Assembly (NCBI GenBank): GCA_035084275.1
Contig: CM068752.1
Coordinates: 7,936,001-8,000,000 of the forward strand
Source: Hydrolagus colliei
Taxonomy: Eukaryota
DNA: 64,000 nucleotides
Direction: 5' to 3'
Shown: in pieces, positions 24,573 through 36,212 of the stretch
Layout: the number at the start of each line of letters is the position of its first letter
How positions within the stretch are numbered: position 1 is the first letter of the stretch
The notes under the pieces: model-generated
Database searches by the model: none
The model's input: only the letters and a program-made list of their open reading frames with translations
What the model was told of the DNA's origin: nothing
Position numbers and translations under genes: made by a program

Positions 24573-27500
24573 CATTTACAGCTCTCAAGGTTCCAGCATT
24601 GTGTCGCTGTGGCTTATAATGGTCGGATAGGAACACTGCTCCTTAACCCCCACCTGTCAGTGAGGGTTCCTGCCAGCCTCTCAGCCTCTCTGCCCTGTCG
24701 GTACAAGTTCCACGCCTCCTCAGAACTGCCCACCACAAACTCACTCAGCTCCTCCACAACTCTGAAACCAAACGAAGGGGAGAAAAAACCTTGTGAGATC
24801 CCACCTTATCCCCAACACTTATCCCCCCCTCCCCCCCCCCCCCACCACCGTGTCCTCAGCTCGGATCTGAAGCAGTGACTGTCCAGTGCCCTGGGATGTC
24901 CTCCTGACATGAAAGGCGCTATACAAATGTAATTTTGTTGTTAACACACCCCACTACCCAGTCTCCCCACACCCCCCCACCGAGAGAGAGGGTAAAATGC
25001 TGTACTCACAGACCCAGCACTGGGTGTGGGACACATTGCATCGCTCTGTCGTGTGGGTTCAGCAGATCCAGAGAGGAACCGTCTGTGTGAAGCTGTGATG
25101 GCAGAAAACAGTGCAGCAAACACAGAGACAATTGTTTAACCCAGTCAACAATCCAGCACCGACACTCACCAGAACAAAGGGCAGTATCTCCTTCAAATCA
25201 GAGCTGGGCTATTTGGAGGAGTGAAATGAGACTTTTTTTTTCCCCACACGCACAAAAGCTAGCGTACATCTGGAACTCTCTATTCCTGTTCCTATCTTCC
25301 TTCAACTTTGGGCAGAAACATGATGATAATGATGACATAATAATAATCCTTGCATTTTCACGTTGTTGTTGTTCTAGACTGTATCTCAAAGTGCTTCACA
25401 GAATATACAGTACAGTACTGTAAAGTGAATTGACTGTATATTTGTGGGTGAAACGCAGCAGCCAATTGCGCCCAGCAGCGTCCCCACAAACAGACGTGGA
25501 TTGAAATGACCAATTTTATTATTGTGGTTTTTTTTGGAAGGATTATTATTAGGCGTGTGGGTGGGGAGTAAAGAAACTTGCCCAAGGTTTCGCCCTGACC
25601 TGCCTGGATACAAACAAAAGAGGGAAGGACCAGCACACTCCATATGACCAGTGTCAAATAACAGAAACAGTCCTACGCTTTATCTCCCAATCTCTTCATC
25701 ATTTATTTACTGATTTCCCCAGCTGAATTTGCTGACCCAATCCTCCCGGAATCACCTGCCTCACTGTCCATTGTCCATCTCCACCTGCTCCCCCTGAACC
25801 TCACCGGTCAATCTTCTGACCTCTTGATGCGCAAGACTTACCTGAATGTGTGACACCGTGACGAGCGATTTCTGTTCTTCTTCGTTTAGATCCAGATCTT
25901 CGAATAAATCCTTCAACAACTGGGGGGGATGGTGGGGATAAAAAAGCCCAGGGTGCATTTACTTTTACTTCCAGTTAACAAATCGACTGTTACTCTAGTA
26001 AAGGTCAGCACTTCCGACCGTGAAAGACGCTGTCTGTATAAATGTAATCCTCAACCCCTGTGTGGGACACTGCAGTGCACAATTGACTGTTGTGTTTCAC
26101 CCACAAAATACACAGTCACTTTGCATTATATTCTGTGAAGCGCTTTGAGACATCTCTGAAATGCAACGATTATCATTCCTATTATTATGTGTCACTAATG
26201 ACATGATCAGTGGGAATGTGACTGGTTATGCAGTTCCCTCACAGGAGAAAGCCTTACCTTGTGCATGATCCCTGTCTGATGATCATCTCCCAGCAGCAAC
26301 CTGGCTTTACTGTCTGTCTGAGTCCCTGACACAACCAGAGATATGTTGTAGCCCATCCTTGCTTTACATATCAGGGGCCTCACCAACTCCAAGTATACTC
26401 TGTCCTGAAACACAGCCCTCGTTACTGGTCTTTTACACTGGGGACCAATTCGCAAGATTAACAAAAAGGTTGACTTGAAAACCAAAGTGAAATGTCTTAC
26501 CTGTTCACTGTCCGGGTCGAAGACAGCATCGAATGTGAAGCTGTGGCTCTGTAGAGATGCAAAACAATACAGAGACACAGTGGGTTGGGTTAACTTCTGT
26601 ATCTGAGGCTGGCTCTGGGATACTACCCTATTGTGTGGTGCGTTATATATAAATGCCAAGTTGTTGTGGCTCTAAAGTTGGCTATTCTTCCTTCATAAAT
26701 ATGCACCGATTATAGAAACAACGGCAACTAAATACATTTGAATACTTGGATGTCTGCTTTTTGACAGCTTGATATTGTTATTGACAGCTTGATATATTTG
26801 CAAGATTCTTTCTTTCTCTTTCTGTCTCCCAGTGAAGACTGAAATGTTAACCCATGTCTATTGTCAGTGTTTTGATCCGATCATTAACCTCCGAGTGTCA
26901 ACTGTTACCCACCTTCTCTCCGCTGCTGTCCCCATCGGCGACTGACAGACTTTTGGAATCTCTCACCACAATGAAGGCTGGGTGTCCATCTCCTTTGTCT
27001 GTGAAGTCAGAGAGCGTCAGCTGTTGATCCAGTGATAGGCAGTTTCCCCAGTACAGTATTTCCCCAACAAGACGAATCCCATTGGCTTTAAACCGGAGCA
27101 ATCCTTGATGAGGTTGTGAGCTGAGGTCAGTATTGGTGGGTCAGGGACAGATAAAAAATCCCAAGGCGCTATGCAAAAAGGAAACGGAATTTCTCTCACC
27201 CTGTACCTTGGCCGACAATCCCTCCAAATAAAATTGGTCATTCACTTCAAGGGACACTGCGCAAATGGCTGCAACGTTTCGCCCACAACACTGAAGGTCA
27301 AATACACTTTACAGTGCATCATGTGAAGCGCTTTGAGGTGTCTTGATGACATGATAAGGTGCCGTATCAAATGCAAGGTTTATTATTATTAATATTATTG
27401 GGTACAGAGGGAGCTGGACAAATTCAGTCTGTTGGTTGTTCTCCCTTAAGTGAGCACTAGAGGATGCTGTGGTCTAAGCTTTCTGCGATCTGCAGTTTGG

Positions 27501-27982
27501 GGGACATATGCCTCCCAAGCAGGTCACGCACCCCTCTAAGCTTCAATCCCTTTCCCCATAGGATAGTTTTACAGGTACCCCCGATTTACGATGTTTTTAT
27601 TTACACGGTTTCGATCTAACGAACATAATTTTCGACACCTTTTTAACCGATATACAATATTTTACCAAGAAAAAAATTTGGCGCAGTTTTTTGCGCATGC
27701 ACAGTACATAGTGTATTGCGTGGGACAGAATGGGAAACTGCTTTTCGATTTACGATGTTTCAATTTGCGTGATATTTTTCAGGAACGCAACCCTGTTGTG
27801 AATCGGGGGATACCTATACAGGTTTTGTGTATACGGGTTTTGCGTGTACTGTATTTGCAAATTTCCTCATATGTAAATTGTGAAAGTGAGGGAATTGCCA
27901 AAACGTGGCACTGTCGATGGAGAGTTTTCTGACCTAAGACCTGCTGGAGACCAACAGCCACCTGCACTGGCACCTCCTCCAT
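19123..27982 (-). CDS. Uncharacterised kinesin-like protein with degenerate motor domain and coiled-coil tail (~661 aa, 17 coding exons)
   Basis: Exons 27982-27934, 26998-26913, 26548-26501, 26404-26258, 25919-25842, 25092-25010, 24761-24654, 24428-24312, 23774-23638, 23189-22978, 22565-22482, 22216-22072, 21600-21455, 20898-20764, 20420-20238, 19675-19525, 19199-19123 splice into one stop-free 1986-nt frame with consistent phases. Kinesin landmarks occur in order: VPVQVAV, FTFDAVFD, VRPLI...GYNISL, VTVSHIQ, DLLNP, LSEFVVGSSEEA, LFTVTLEQ, LLSQALQGN. The last exon is the least certain. Confidence 0.8.
21100..21380 (+). mobile_element. CR1-type LINE 3' fragment
   Basis: ...ttcacacacagggttgtggaaatctggaactc...cagatcagccatgatc...gaatggcct...gttcct is typical of shark CR1 3' ends. 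Confidence 0.6.
23883..24150 (-). mobile_element. tRNA-derived Deu-type SINE copy, head truncated
   Basis: Reverse complement of the same body and tail as the full-length copies. Confidence 0.75.
25338..25612 (-). mobile_element. tRNA-derived Deu-type SINE copy, head truncated
   Basis: Reverse complement of the same body and tail as the full-length copies. Confidence 0.75.
27572..27816. mobile_element. Non-autonomous Tc1/mariner (pogo/Tigger-like) MITE
   Basis: Imperfect terminal inverted repeats caggtacccccgatttacga ... ttgtgaatcgggggataccta, with TA on both sides (27570-27571 and 27817-27818). Confidence 0.7.
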
Positions 27983-28460
27983 AACCTGAAACACAAAACA
28001 CACAGGTAGAGTCATATTGCCTCGTCCCAGAGAGAGCAAAGGGCAGCAGGATTCAGCCCACCACTGTCAGCCCCTGGGAAAATCAGGCTCACAGCCATTA
28101 CCTTCCACGCCCAACACACACACACATACCTGACTTGCAGCAGCCAAAAACTCCTACTAGAGAAGATTCAGAGGAAAGTCAATCAGCTCATTCACAGGGT
28201 TAGAGGGATGAGCTGTAACTAGGAATGACTAGTTAAGCCATGGTGGATCTTAAGCCTCGCAAAGAGACAACTCGAGAGAGAGAAAGATAACCTCGATGAG
28301 GTTTGTAAGCAAGTGAATGGGTTTGAAAAGCTAAAACCGGAACAATACTTTCAGCTAAGTTATGAGAACAGGACAATTGCATTATTTTTCATTCCAGGGC
28401 TGCTGAGCACCCAGTGGGATGGTATTTATTGAGCTGGGCAATTTTTAAGGCAATCCTCAC

Positions 28461-28526
28461 CTGTCTGTGCGCTTTCCCTCCTTGTCCCGTCCTGTTTGTG
28501 TTTATAGGTGAGCAGTGGCCGGTAAC
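28461..28526 (-). promoter_or_regulatory. Candidate core promoter and short non-coding first exon of the kinesin-like gene
   Basis: Minus-strand TATAAA at 28506-28501, donor CAG|GTGAGG after 28461, X-box-like GTGGCCGGTAAC at 28515-28526. The ATG-containing exon has an acceptor at 27985. Confidence 0.4.
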
Positions 28527-29358
28527 GCCGGCACTCAGATCAGGGATCCTCTCAAAGGTGCTTCAATAATTAAAGGATGGCAGCTCCTCATCAGCTAATC
28601 TCTTGTCAATTTTTTATCAGGCGAACGGCGTTGTTTTACAATACAAGGAATTAACCGTGAATTATTAATATCCAGTTTCACTTTTATTCAAGGCTCCCGC
28701 TTTCTCTCCATCGCTCAAAAGCACTCAACTCTATCTTCCCTCTACTGCCGAGTTCTATTTAAAAGCCACATATAGACACACACTCAGACACTACCTGATC
28801 GATAGGTCCTATATACAAGTTGTTCTTGTAGTATAATAATCCTTTTGAACACGTTTGAACACAGCATTTCCCTGTCTGTGACGCACTTTGAGACATTGCC
28901 TCGTAATTATCCCTCGGAACCCCCCCCCCAAACAATAAATTGGTTATTTAAATCCACAAATGTTTGTGGGGACGCTGCTGTGCGCAATTGGCTGCTGCGT
29001 TTCGCCCACAATACAGTCAATTAATTTTACAGTATATTCTGTGAAGCTTTGAGACACAGTCTGGAAGACGTGAAAAGCCCTATCAAATGCAAGGATTATT
29101 ATTATTTTATTATTATCAGGATTTTTACCGTAGTACTGTATTATTATTGTTGCTTGTCCCACCAGACTTGTCCCTGAAGCTGTCATTCCCCGCTCAGCCT
29201 GTGGGTGGCGGTGCGGAGCCGAGGCGCTGCAGTACTGGACGGTGGCCACGGGGAGGCGCTGCAACACCTCATTGATAGCTGGTGCCTCTCGGCTTCAAGG
29301 CCGGGCACAGCCAGCGAGTGGAGGCCGAGGCTCAGAGCTCCCCGGGCCAGGACCGGTT

Positions 29359-32300
29359 ATGCTGCGAGAAAGCAGAGGTCGTTACCAAGCGCACGGCATA
29401 GAGGCGTTCAAATGCCGCAGGAGGGAGCAGGAGAAGGGTGAGTGGCTCACAACTCCAGCCCCAGGCCTTAGTCTGTCACTAGGCCCCAACTCCAGGGTGG
29501 GGGGTGTCTGTCCTCAGGGGGTGGGGGGGGGGGGTGTCTGTCCCCAGGGAGGGGGGCAAGGGTGGGGTGGGGGGGGACCACAAACTATAATAATAATAAT
29601 CCTGGCGTTTGACCCAGCGTCTTATCCCGTCGTGGGGACGTCTCAAAGCGCTTCACAGGGACACACTGTAAAGTGTGGTGACTGTGTGTGTTTTATGGGG
29701 GGAACGAATCGCGGCAGCCGAATAATTGCGCCCAGCGACGTCCTCACAAACAAACAGCCAACGGTGGGTTGAAGTGACCCAATTATAATGATTGTTTTTG
29801 GAGGGATTATTACCCCCCGGAAAGCCACCCGCCAGTATCCCGCGAAGCTCTTTGAGACGTGACGAGGCGCTACGTCAAACGCAAAGGTTAATGTTATTAC
29901 TTATCATTGATTATCAGGTTTGCCATGTATAGTCTCACCCTCAACCCTCGTGAGCCAGAGCCCGAATCGCCCTCGCTCGTTTTTGAGTCGAAGTTTGCTG
30001 ACGTCAGTCCCGCCCTTTTGTTTCAAAATTGCAGCTCTCAGGAAGGCACGCAAGGAGAAACAGCTGGTTAGCAAGAGGCTGCCCAGGGGCGTGTGGGAGG
30101 ATGGAGGTGGAATGGAGACCGCAGAAAACACGCTGACCCGAGAGGAGGTCAGACACCATTGCCAGAAGCTGTCTGTGCTGTAATCCATCCTCCCTCGCCC
30201 GTCTCGTTTCTGAATCCCCCGCGAATAACATCCTCTTGTCTCTTGAATCGCTTCAGGTTTTGCAGCTACACCAGAGGATCCAGTTGGGGACCGAAGACAG
30301 ACTGGTGGCTTTGCGGCGCCTGCGCCGGGCCCTCCAGCAGAAGGAGGTACAGCAGATGTTTACCAGGTATTCCCGACGTTCTGGGCTCCTAGGTTCTCGG
30401 TCGGGTTGTCTACCAGAGAAAGGCAGATCGATGTGTAACCTTTGGCAAGTTTCCTCACTCCACACGCCTCTGTTAACCCCAGCGGTAAGCAGCAGGGATC
30501 CCGGCTGTTCGTCGATTGGTGAATTGTTTTCTGGTGGGTAAAAAATCCCTCAAGGAAAATACTAATTTGGTCATTCAATCCACAGCTGTTTGTGGGACCT
30601 CATTGTGCACAATTGGCTGCCGTGTTTCGCTCACAAAACACTTCACAATATATCCTGTGAAGTGCTTTGAGATGTGTGTCAGCGTTGTGATGAGGTGCTG
30701 TATCAGATGCCAGGATTGTTATTGTGATTAAGGCTGACAGATGGGTCTGCGCTAAAACATTTGTGCTGGTATGAAACCGATTTGCGAATGAACTGGTAAC
30801 CAGCGCCTGGGGGAGATCACCAGCTTAATGTTCTGTTCCTCTGCAGGCTGGAGAGCAGTTTGCGTGTCCTGGTGGGTCTGTTCACCAGTAACCTTGCCTC
30901 GGTACAGCTAGAGGCCGCAGGGTGTTTGCTGGAGCTCTCTCACTCAGACGACCCCAGCATCTCTCTGCTCTGTTTGCCTGCAACTCCTTATCTCTTGACT
31001 TACCTGTCGGGCCGGAGCGTGAGATTCACGGTAAGGATTTTGCCCAGGAGCCGGCGATGTTTGCCAACCACGAGTGCGCTCTGAGCTGCCTGCAATTCTC
31101 TTCTGATATAAACCTGAGCTTGTGTTACGCTGTTGCAGGAGCTGTGTTTGTACATACTGGGGAACCTGGCAGCAGAGAATGCAGCGGTCAGGAAACAGCT
31201 CATGGCACAGGGTGTGATTCACGCACTCGCTACCTGCCTACAGGTGAGACATGCCCCCACACACAGCATTGTGAACACGCAGCCCTGAATATATGGTCAT
31301 TGTCACAGCACAGACAGGGACCATTGAGTCTGGACTTGTGTTATTGCAAACAATAATAATTAATTTTTTTAATTCGTCATTTCAATCCACGACTGTTTGT
31401 GGGGACTCTGCTGTGTGCAATTGGCTGCTGCGTTTTGCCCACAAATATACAGTCAATTCACTTTACAGTATATTCTGTGAAGCGCTTTGAGATGTCGATA
31501 AAATGTGAAAAGCGCTATATCAAATCAAGGATTATTATTATTCTCTTTGTGTTCCAACTGTGTGGTGTTGCAACAGTTTTCACCTTGTCATTACCCTCTG
31601 CAGTTCAGTGCCTTCGCCTGTTACTAAGCCAACATCTGTTTTTTCACCCAATACGGTTGATGTGTGAGCCTCCACATTGATTGCTGACTGGATGGGGGAT
31701 AGCCAGTGCTATGTGCCTGTTCTAAGTTGACGTTAAGACTGTAAACCTGTGGGTTTTACTTATTCTCGTGATGTTAACAACCTTGTCTGCGTTACAGTCG
31801 CCTGAGGGAGCCGTGGTGGAGGCTGCAGCGTATTCACTCTCACAGCTCCTGCAGGGCAAGGAGTCAGCCCACAGCATCGTACCGTAAGTGGCTTACAAGT
31901 CTCGTAACCCGGGGTGTGGGGGGGTGAGGGCGCAGAACAAACTCACCGGCCACAAGACTCCAGAGTGAGTTCATCCATCCCAATCACATTGTTTAGAGAC
32001 AATAGGACTTTGTTTCACTAACAAAAAACACAGTCACTCCACTTTACAGTGTATTCTTTGAAGCGTTTTGAGACGTCTCAATTACCTGACAAGGCGCTTA
32101 TTATTCACAATGTGATATGTCAGCCCTCGCTATAGCCTCAGGCCAGCTGTCTGTTGTAGGCTGTGTCAGAGAACCTGTGGTGTGTGAGGGGACAGAGAGA
32201 GAGTGAGCGAGTGTGTTCAATGGACTGAAAGGTCTTGTCCTGTTTTACCCTGCTATGATGGAAACGTAGGAACAGAAGGAGTCGATTCAGCCCCTTGAGC

Positions 32301-35177
32301 CTGTGCTGGCATTCTATACAATCATGGCTGATGTGTAACTCAACTGTAATATTCAAGAGGAATAAGGTTTTTTCTGCCACTCCACAGCGCAGATCTGGTG
32401 GCTAAGGTGATTCCTCTGCTACTCCGGCTGTTGGTTGCGGACTCGCAGTGTGGGGTGTGGGCAGCTGTGGAGAGTGCCTGGTGTCTGCACTACATCATCA
32501 GCAGGTAAAAGTCTGTCCTGTGTGTGTCATTCTCCATCAGATTATGTCCACCAACATGCACTCCAGCCAGGAGCACTGAACAAGCCATTGTCTCTTCCCT
32601 CTCTGCAGTGGTGCGATCAGTGATCAGTCACTGGTCTCTCAGGACATTGTGAGTCGAGCTGTCACACTCCTGGTCGCTCTGGGCAAACCTGGGTCAGCGA
32701 CACCTCCAGACGCTGGACATTTGGTAAGTATGGGAGCGGAGACGTGTCATCGCCTCTCGTGGGCTATGTTGCCAGTCACCACAGATTTTGGACAAGGAAA
32801 TTCTTATTGTCTTAAGGTACTTCATAGACAGATAGGCCTCAGTGTGATTAGTGAGAGGTGGGTGAGGGGAGTAGTTAGGAATTGAGGTGTGAGTTTAATG
32901 GGAAAAGACACTCGAGAAACTGTTCCTGGGATGTACAGTGTTATTATTTTGCCTACAAAATATAGTCAATCCACTTTACACTATATCCTGCGAAATGCTT
33001 TGGGATGTCTCAACGATGTGCTTAAGGTGCGATATTGAATCCAAGGATGATGATTGTTACTATAATTTATTATTGTTTACACCTGTGCTACTCTGTGCTA
33101 ATGTCATTTGATGCCGAATAAAGAGCTCATTGAAACGCTGAGGGCAAAATAACATGTATAAGCCTCGCTCGTCCCTCCCACCAGCTGATCATTCCTGTGG
33201 TGCGCTGCTTGGGAAATCTCATCGCTGGTGAGGAGACATCTCAGTGTAAAGCTCAGATCCAGTGCAGTGAGCTGCTGCTAGCCCTCAGCTTTTTCATCAC
33301 GAGTTTCTTACACACGCAGCCCTTTGTGGCACGAGAGTGCCTCTGGCTCTTCAACAATCTCACAGGTGAGAGGTTTAAGTGCTTTCGGACGCAACCCTGC
33401 TTGACTGGCGCTATTTGATGCAAGCTGTTGTGAGCATTTCATTTCACTGAAGGAAATGCACCCCATTGATGAATCATATTCACCTCTTTCCCTCCCTCCC
33501 TCCCACTGCCTCTCTCCCTCCCTTCCTGCAGCTGGTGACGCTCTGTTCTGCTCAGCTGTGCTCGGTCTCAATCTGGTCCCAGTGTTTCTCCGCCTGATCC
33601 CATTCTCAGGAGGAATAAACACTCAGGTAAGCGGGTGCCTGGCTGTGCTCGGTGTCAGCAGAGATGGAATACGGTTAGATCGGTGCACACCGTGTTACAG
33701 TGATAGTGTTCGCTTCCCTTGTTTGAAATATCTGCCCTGGACACTGATGAAGGTGCCCAGATCACTGGTCAAACACTGTAATTCTAGTCACTAATATCGC
33801 AGCAAGGCCTCGCCCTGATAAATGTGCAACGTGTTGCCTTGTGGAGTTCCTGCAGCTCAGTGGTTGGAGCACTTGCCTTACAAGCGTGAGACCTGTGTTC
33901 GAATCCAGGCAGATCAGGATGAAACCTTGGATAAGTTTCCTTACTCCACATACACGCCTAATAATAATCCCTCCGAAAAACATAAACACAATAATTTTTT
34001 TAAATTGCTCATTTCAATCCACGACTGTTTGTGGGGACGCAGCTGTGCGCAATTGACAGCCGCGTTTCGCTCACAAATTGCCTTTACAGTATTTTGCTGT
34101 GAAACGCTTTGAGACGTTGATGAGATGTGAAAAGCGCTGTATCAAATGCGAGGATCATTATTGTTTATTATGTGCCGACAGGCAATGCTGGTGCTGGGCA
34201 ATGTGGCAGAGCTGGGCCCAGAGCCCTGCCAGCGACTGCACCAGGCGGAGGTCACCCCTGCGCTGTGCTGCGCTCTCCGGATGGCTGATGTGGAAGTGGT
34301 GCGTTTGGCGTTGGAACTGCTGAACGTGATCTTCTTACACTGCCCAGAGGTGAGTCTCTCACACACACACACAAACCAACTGCTTGCTTTGCTCATGGTA
34401 GACTTTTATTTTTCTTTGAAATGCAATCCACGACTCGCACATTTCACCCGCACAAAATGTAGTCAATTTACTTTACAGTATATTCTGTGAAGCGCTTTGA
34501 GAGGTCTTGAAGACATGATAAGACGCTACGTCAAATGCAAGGATTATTATTCACAGAATGTGCGGAGGGTTATACAGAGCTCTGCTTGATGGGCCTCACA
34601 CACCCCCCTCCCCCCCCGCCCTACTCACCTCCCTCTGTCTAATGCTCCCATTCGTGACTCTAACGTTGCTCCTCACAGGCCTGTGTAGAGTTTGTGAAAC
34701 AAGATGGGGTCCAGGCCGTGGAGGCCATTCAGTACAACGCAAACGAGGAGATTCGAGTCCGTGCCCACTTCCTGATGGACAAATACTTCACACAACAGGG
34801 CGAGGTAAGTAACACGGAGACAGCCTCGGCTGTGTCGCTTTGAAATTATTCGCTTAGAAAAGACTCTTTGCCTTGAGTCTCCTCCATTATATCTTTTAAT
34901 TGGGGTGAAATGTTAAGAACATCAAGGAACAGCTTCATTAATTTCCTCCCTGGGCCTGTTGCTTGAGTGTCCACATGTCTCACACACACAGTATAGCCAA
35001 GTGAAAAAGCTGACCGCTCTAGGCCGAACAGATGGGAAGAAGCCATAAGCCCATCTGAAATGAGCTGACTTTGGCCACCGTTAACAGTCTCATTTGGCCT
35101 CTAGTGTGTTTGATCGCAGCTGTCTGCATTACCCTGTGTTGATCAGTTTATTTCCTTTCTGTCTTCAGGGCTCATAG
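29359..35177 (+). CDS. TMCO6: Transmembrane and coiled-coil domain protein 6 (importin-alpha-like ARM-repeat protein), ~495 aa, 13 exons
   Basis: Exons 29359-29437, 30035-30147, 30257-30366, 30847-31030, 31139-31243, 31798-31883, 32388-32504, 32609-32723, 33185-33365, 33532-33626, 34182-34349, 34679-34804, 35169-35177 join in frame. Motifs ALRKARKEKQLVSKRL, LEAAGCLLELSHS, CLPATPYLLTYLS, ELCLYILGNL, ESAWCLHYII, ECLWLFNNLT match TMCO6; synteny agrees. Confidence 0.93.
33843..34162 (+). mobile_element. Full-length tRNA-derived Deu-type SINE; dozens of partial copies occur across the window
   Basis: tRNA-like head with A box (cagctcagtgg) and B box (gttcgaatcc), central ttggctgccgcgtttc-like core, and an L2-like tail ending in (att)n. 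Confidence 0.85.
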
Positions 35178-35689
35178 TTTGAAGTCTGGGAATCTTCCGC
35201 ATTTTGCCAATGGGACAGTTCGGACACACTTGGGGCATTACAAGAGTTCCGAGCCACACTTTAAGCAGCTGTGCTTTACTGACCATGAAGTGATAATAGA
35301 TGGGACACAGAATCACTCCACTGGAGGGGGGGGGGCCAGGTACCCTAAGTGTCAAATGGAGGTGCTATCAGCAGCACTTGAGAGGATATTGCAATCTTGT
35401 GGACGAACAGATCTGCAATTTATTAAGCATCTTGTTGCTGAATTAAAATAGTGTTGTATTCACTGACAACAGATTATGTGCAACCCATGATGAGCAAAGG
35501 AATAAGAAATATTAGTCTTATTAAAAATATACACTAATATAATTAAGTTTTTTTTAAACTTGTTTGTAATTAAATTACTTGAAATGAACAAATGTGTGTG
35601 CTCTCTTGCTACCACAATTACTGCAAAGTTTCAGAAGATCTGGTGAACAAAGGCATAGTGAACGAGATGGTTCTTGAAGGAGGCAAGGG

Positions 35690-36050
35690 ATGGGATGAGG
35701 TGGAGGGACTGAGGGTAGGAGTTTCAGAGAGTGGGAGCAGAATGGCTGAAGGACTGCCCACCAATGGTGGGGTGTGGGAGCGATGGTGGTGGATATGCAG
35801 CAAGCTGGAGTCTGCTGTGCAAAGTGAGTGGGCAAGTTTGTAGTGGGTTAGATGGTTGCAGAGGTAGAGAGGAGTGAGGACATGAAGGGCTGTTAAGGAT
35901 CTTGAACTGTATCCTCTGTGTGATGGGAAGCCAGTGGAGATGGGTGAGGACAGGGGTGATAGGGTTGCGGAGTCTGATGTGGGAGAGGACACAGGCTGCT
36001 GAATTCTGGATGATCTGCAGCCGGTGGAGGGAGTTTGGACTAGCAACAAT
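35690..36050 (-). mobile_element. L2 LINE ORF2 C-terminal fragment
   Basis: Translation LHRLQIIQNSAACVLSHIRLRNPITPVLTHLHWLPITQRIQFKIL is characteristic of L2-clade reverse transcriptase C-termini. Confidence 0.8.
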
Positions 36051-36212
36051 GGGGCACATAAATATTGAATTCACTTACAGTGTGCTTTATTAACAGTTTG
36101 ACTTTCGGACCAATGATATTTGAAACAAGACCAAAGTGTGTTTTAAATATGTTTATTATAATTACATTTTCATTTGAATTTACTGAAGACCTTCCACCTC
36201 AATGTCCAGGCT

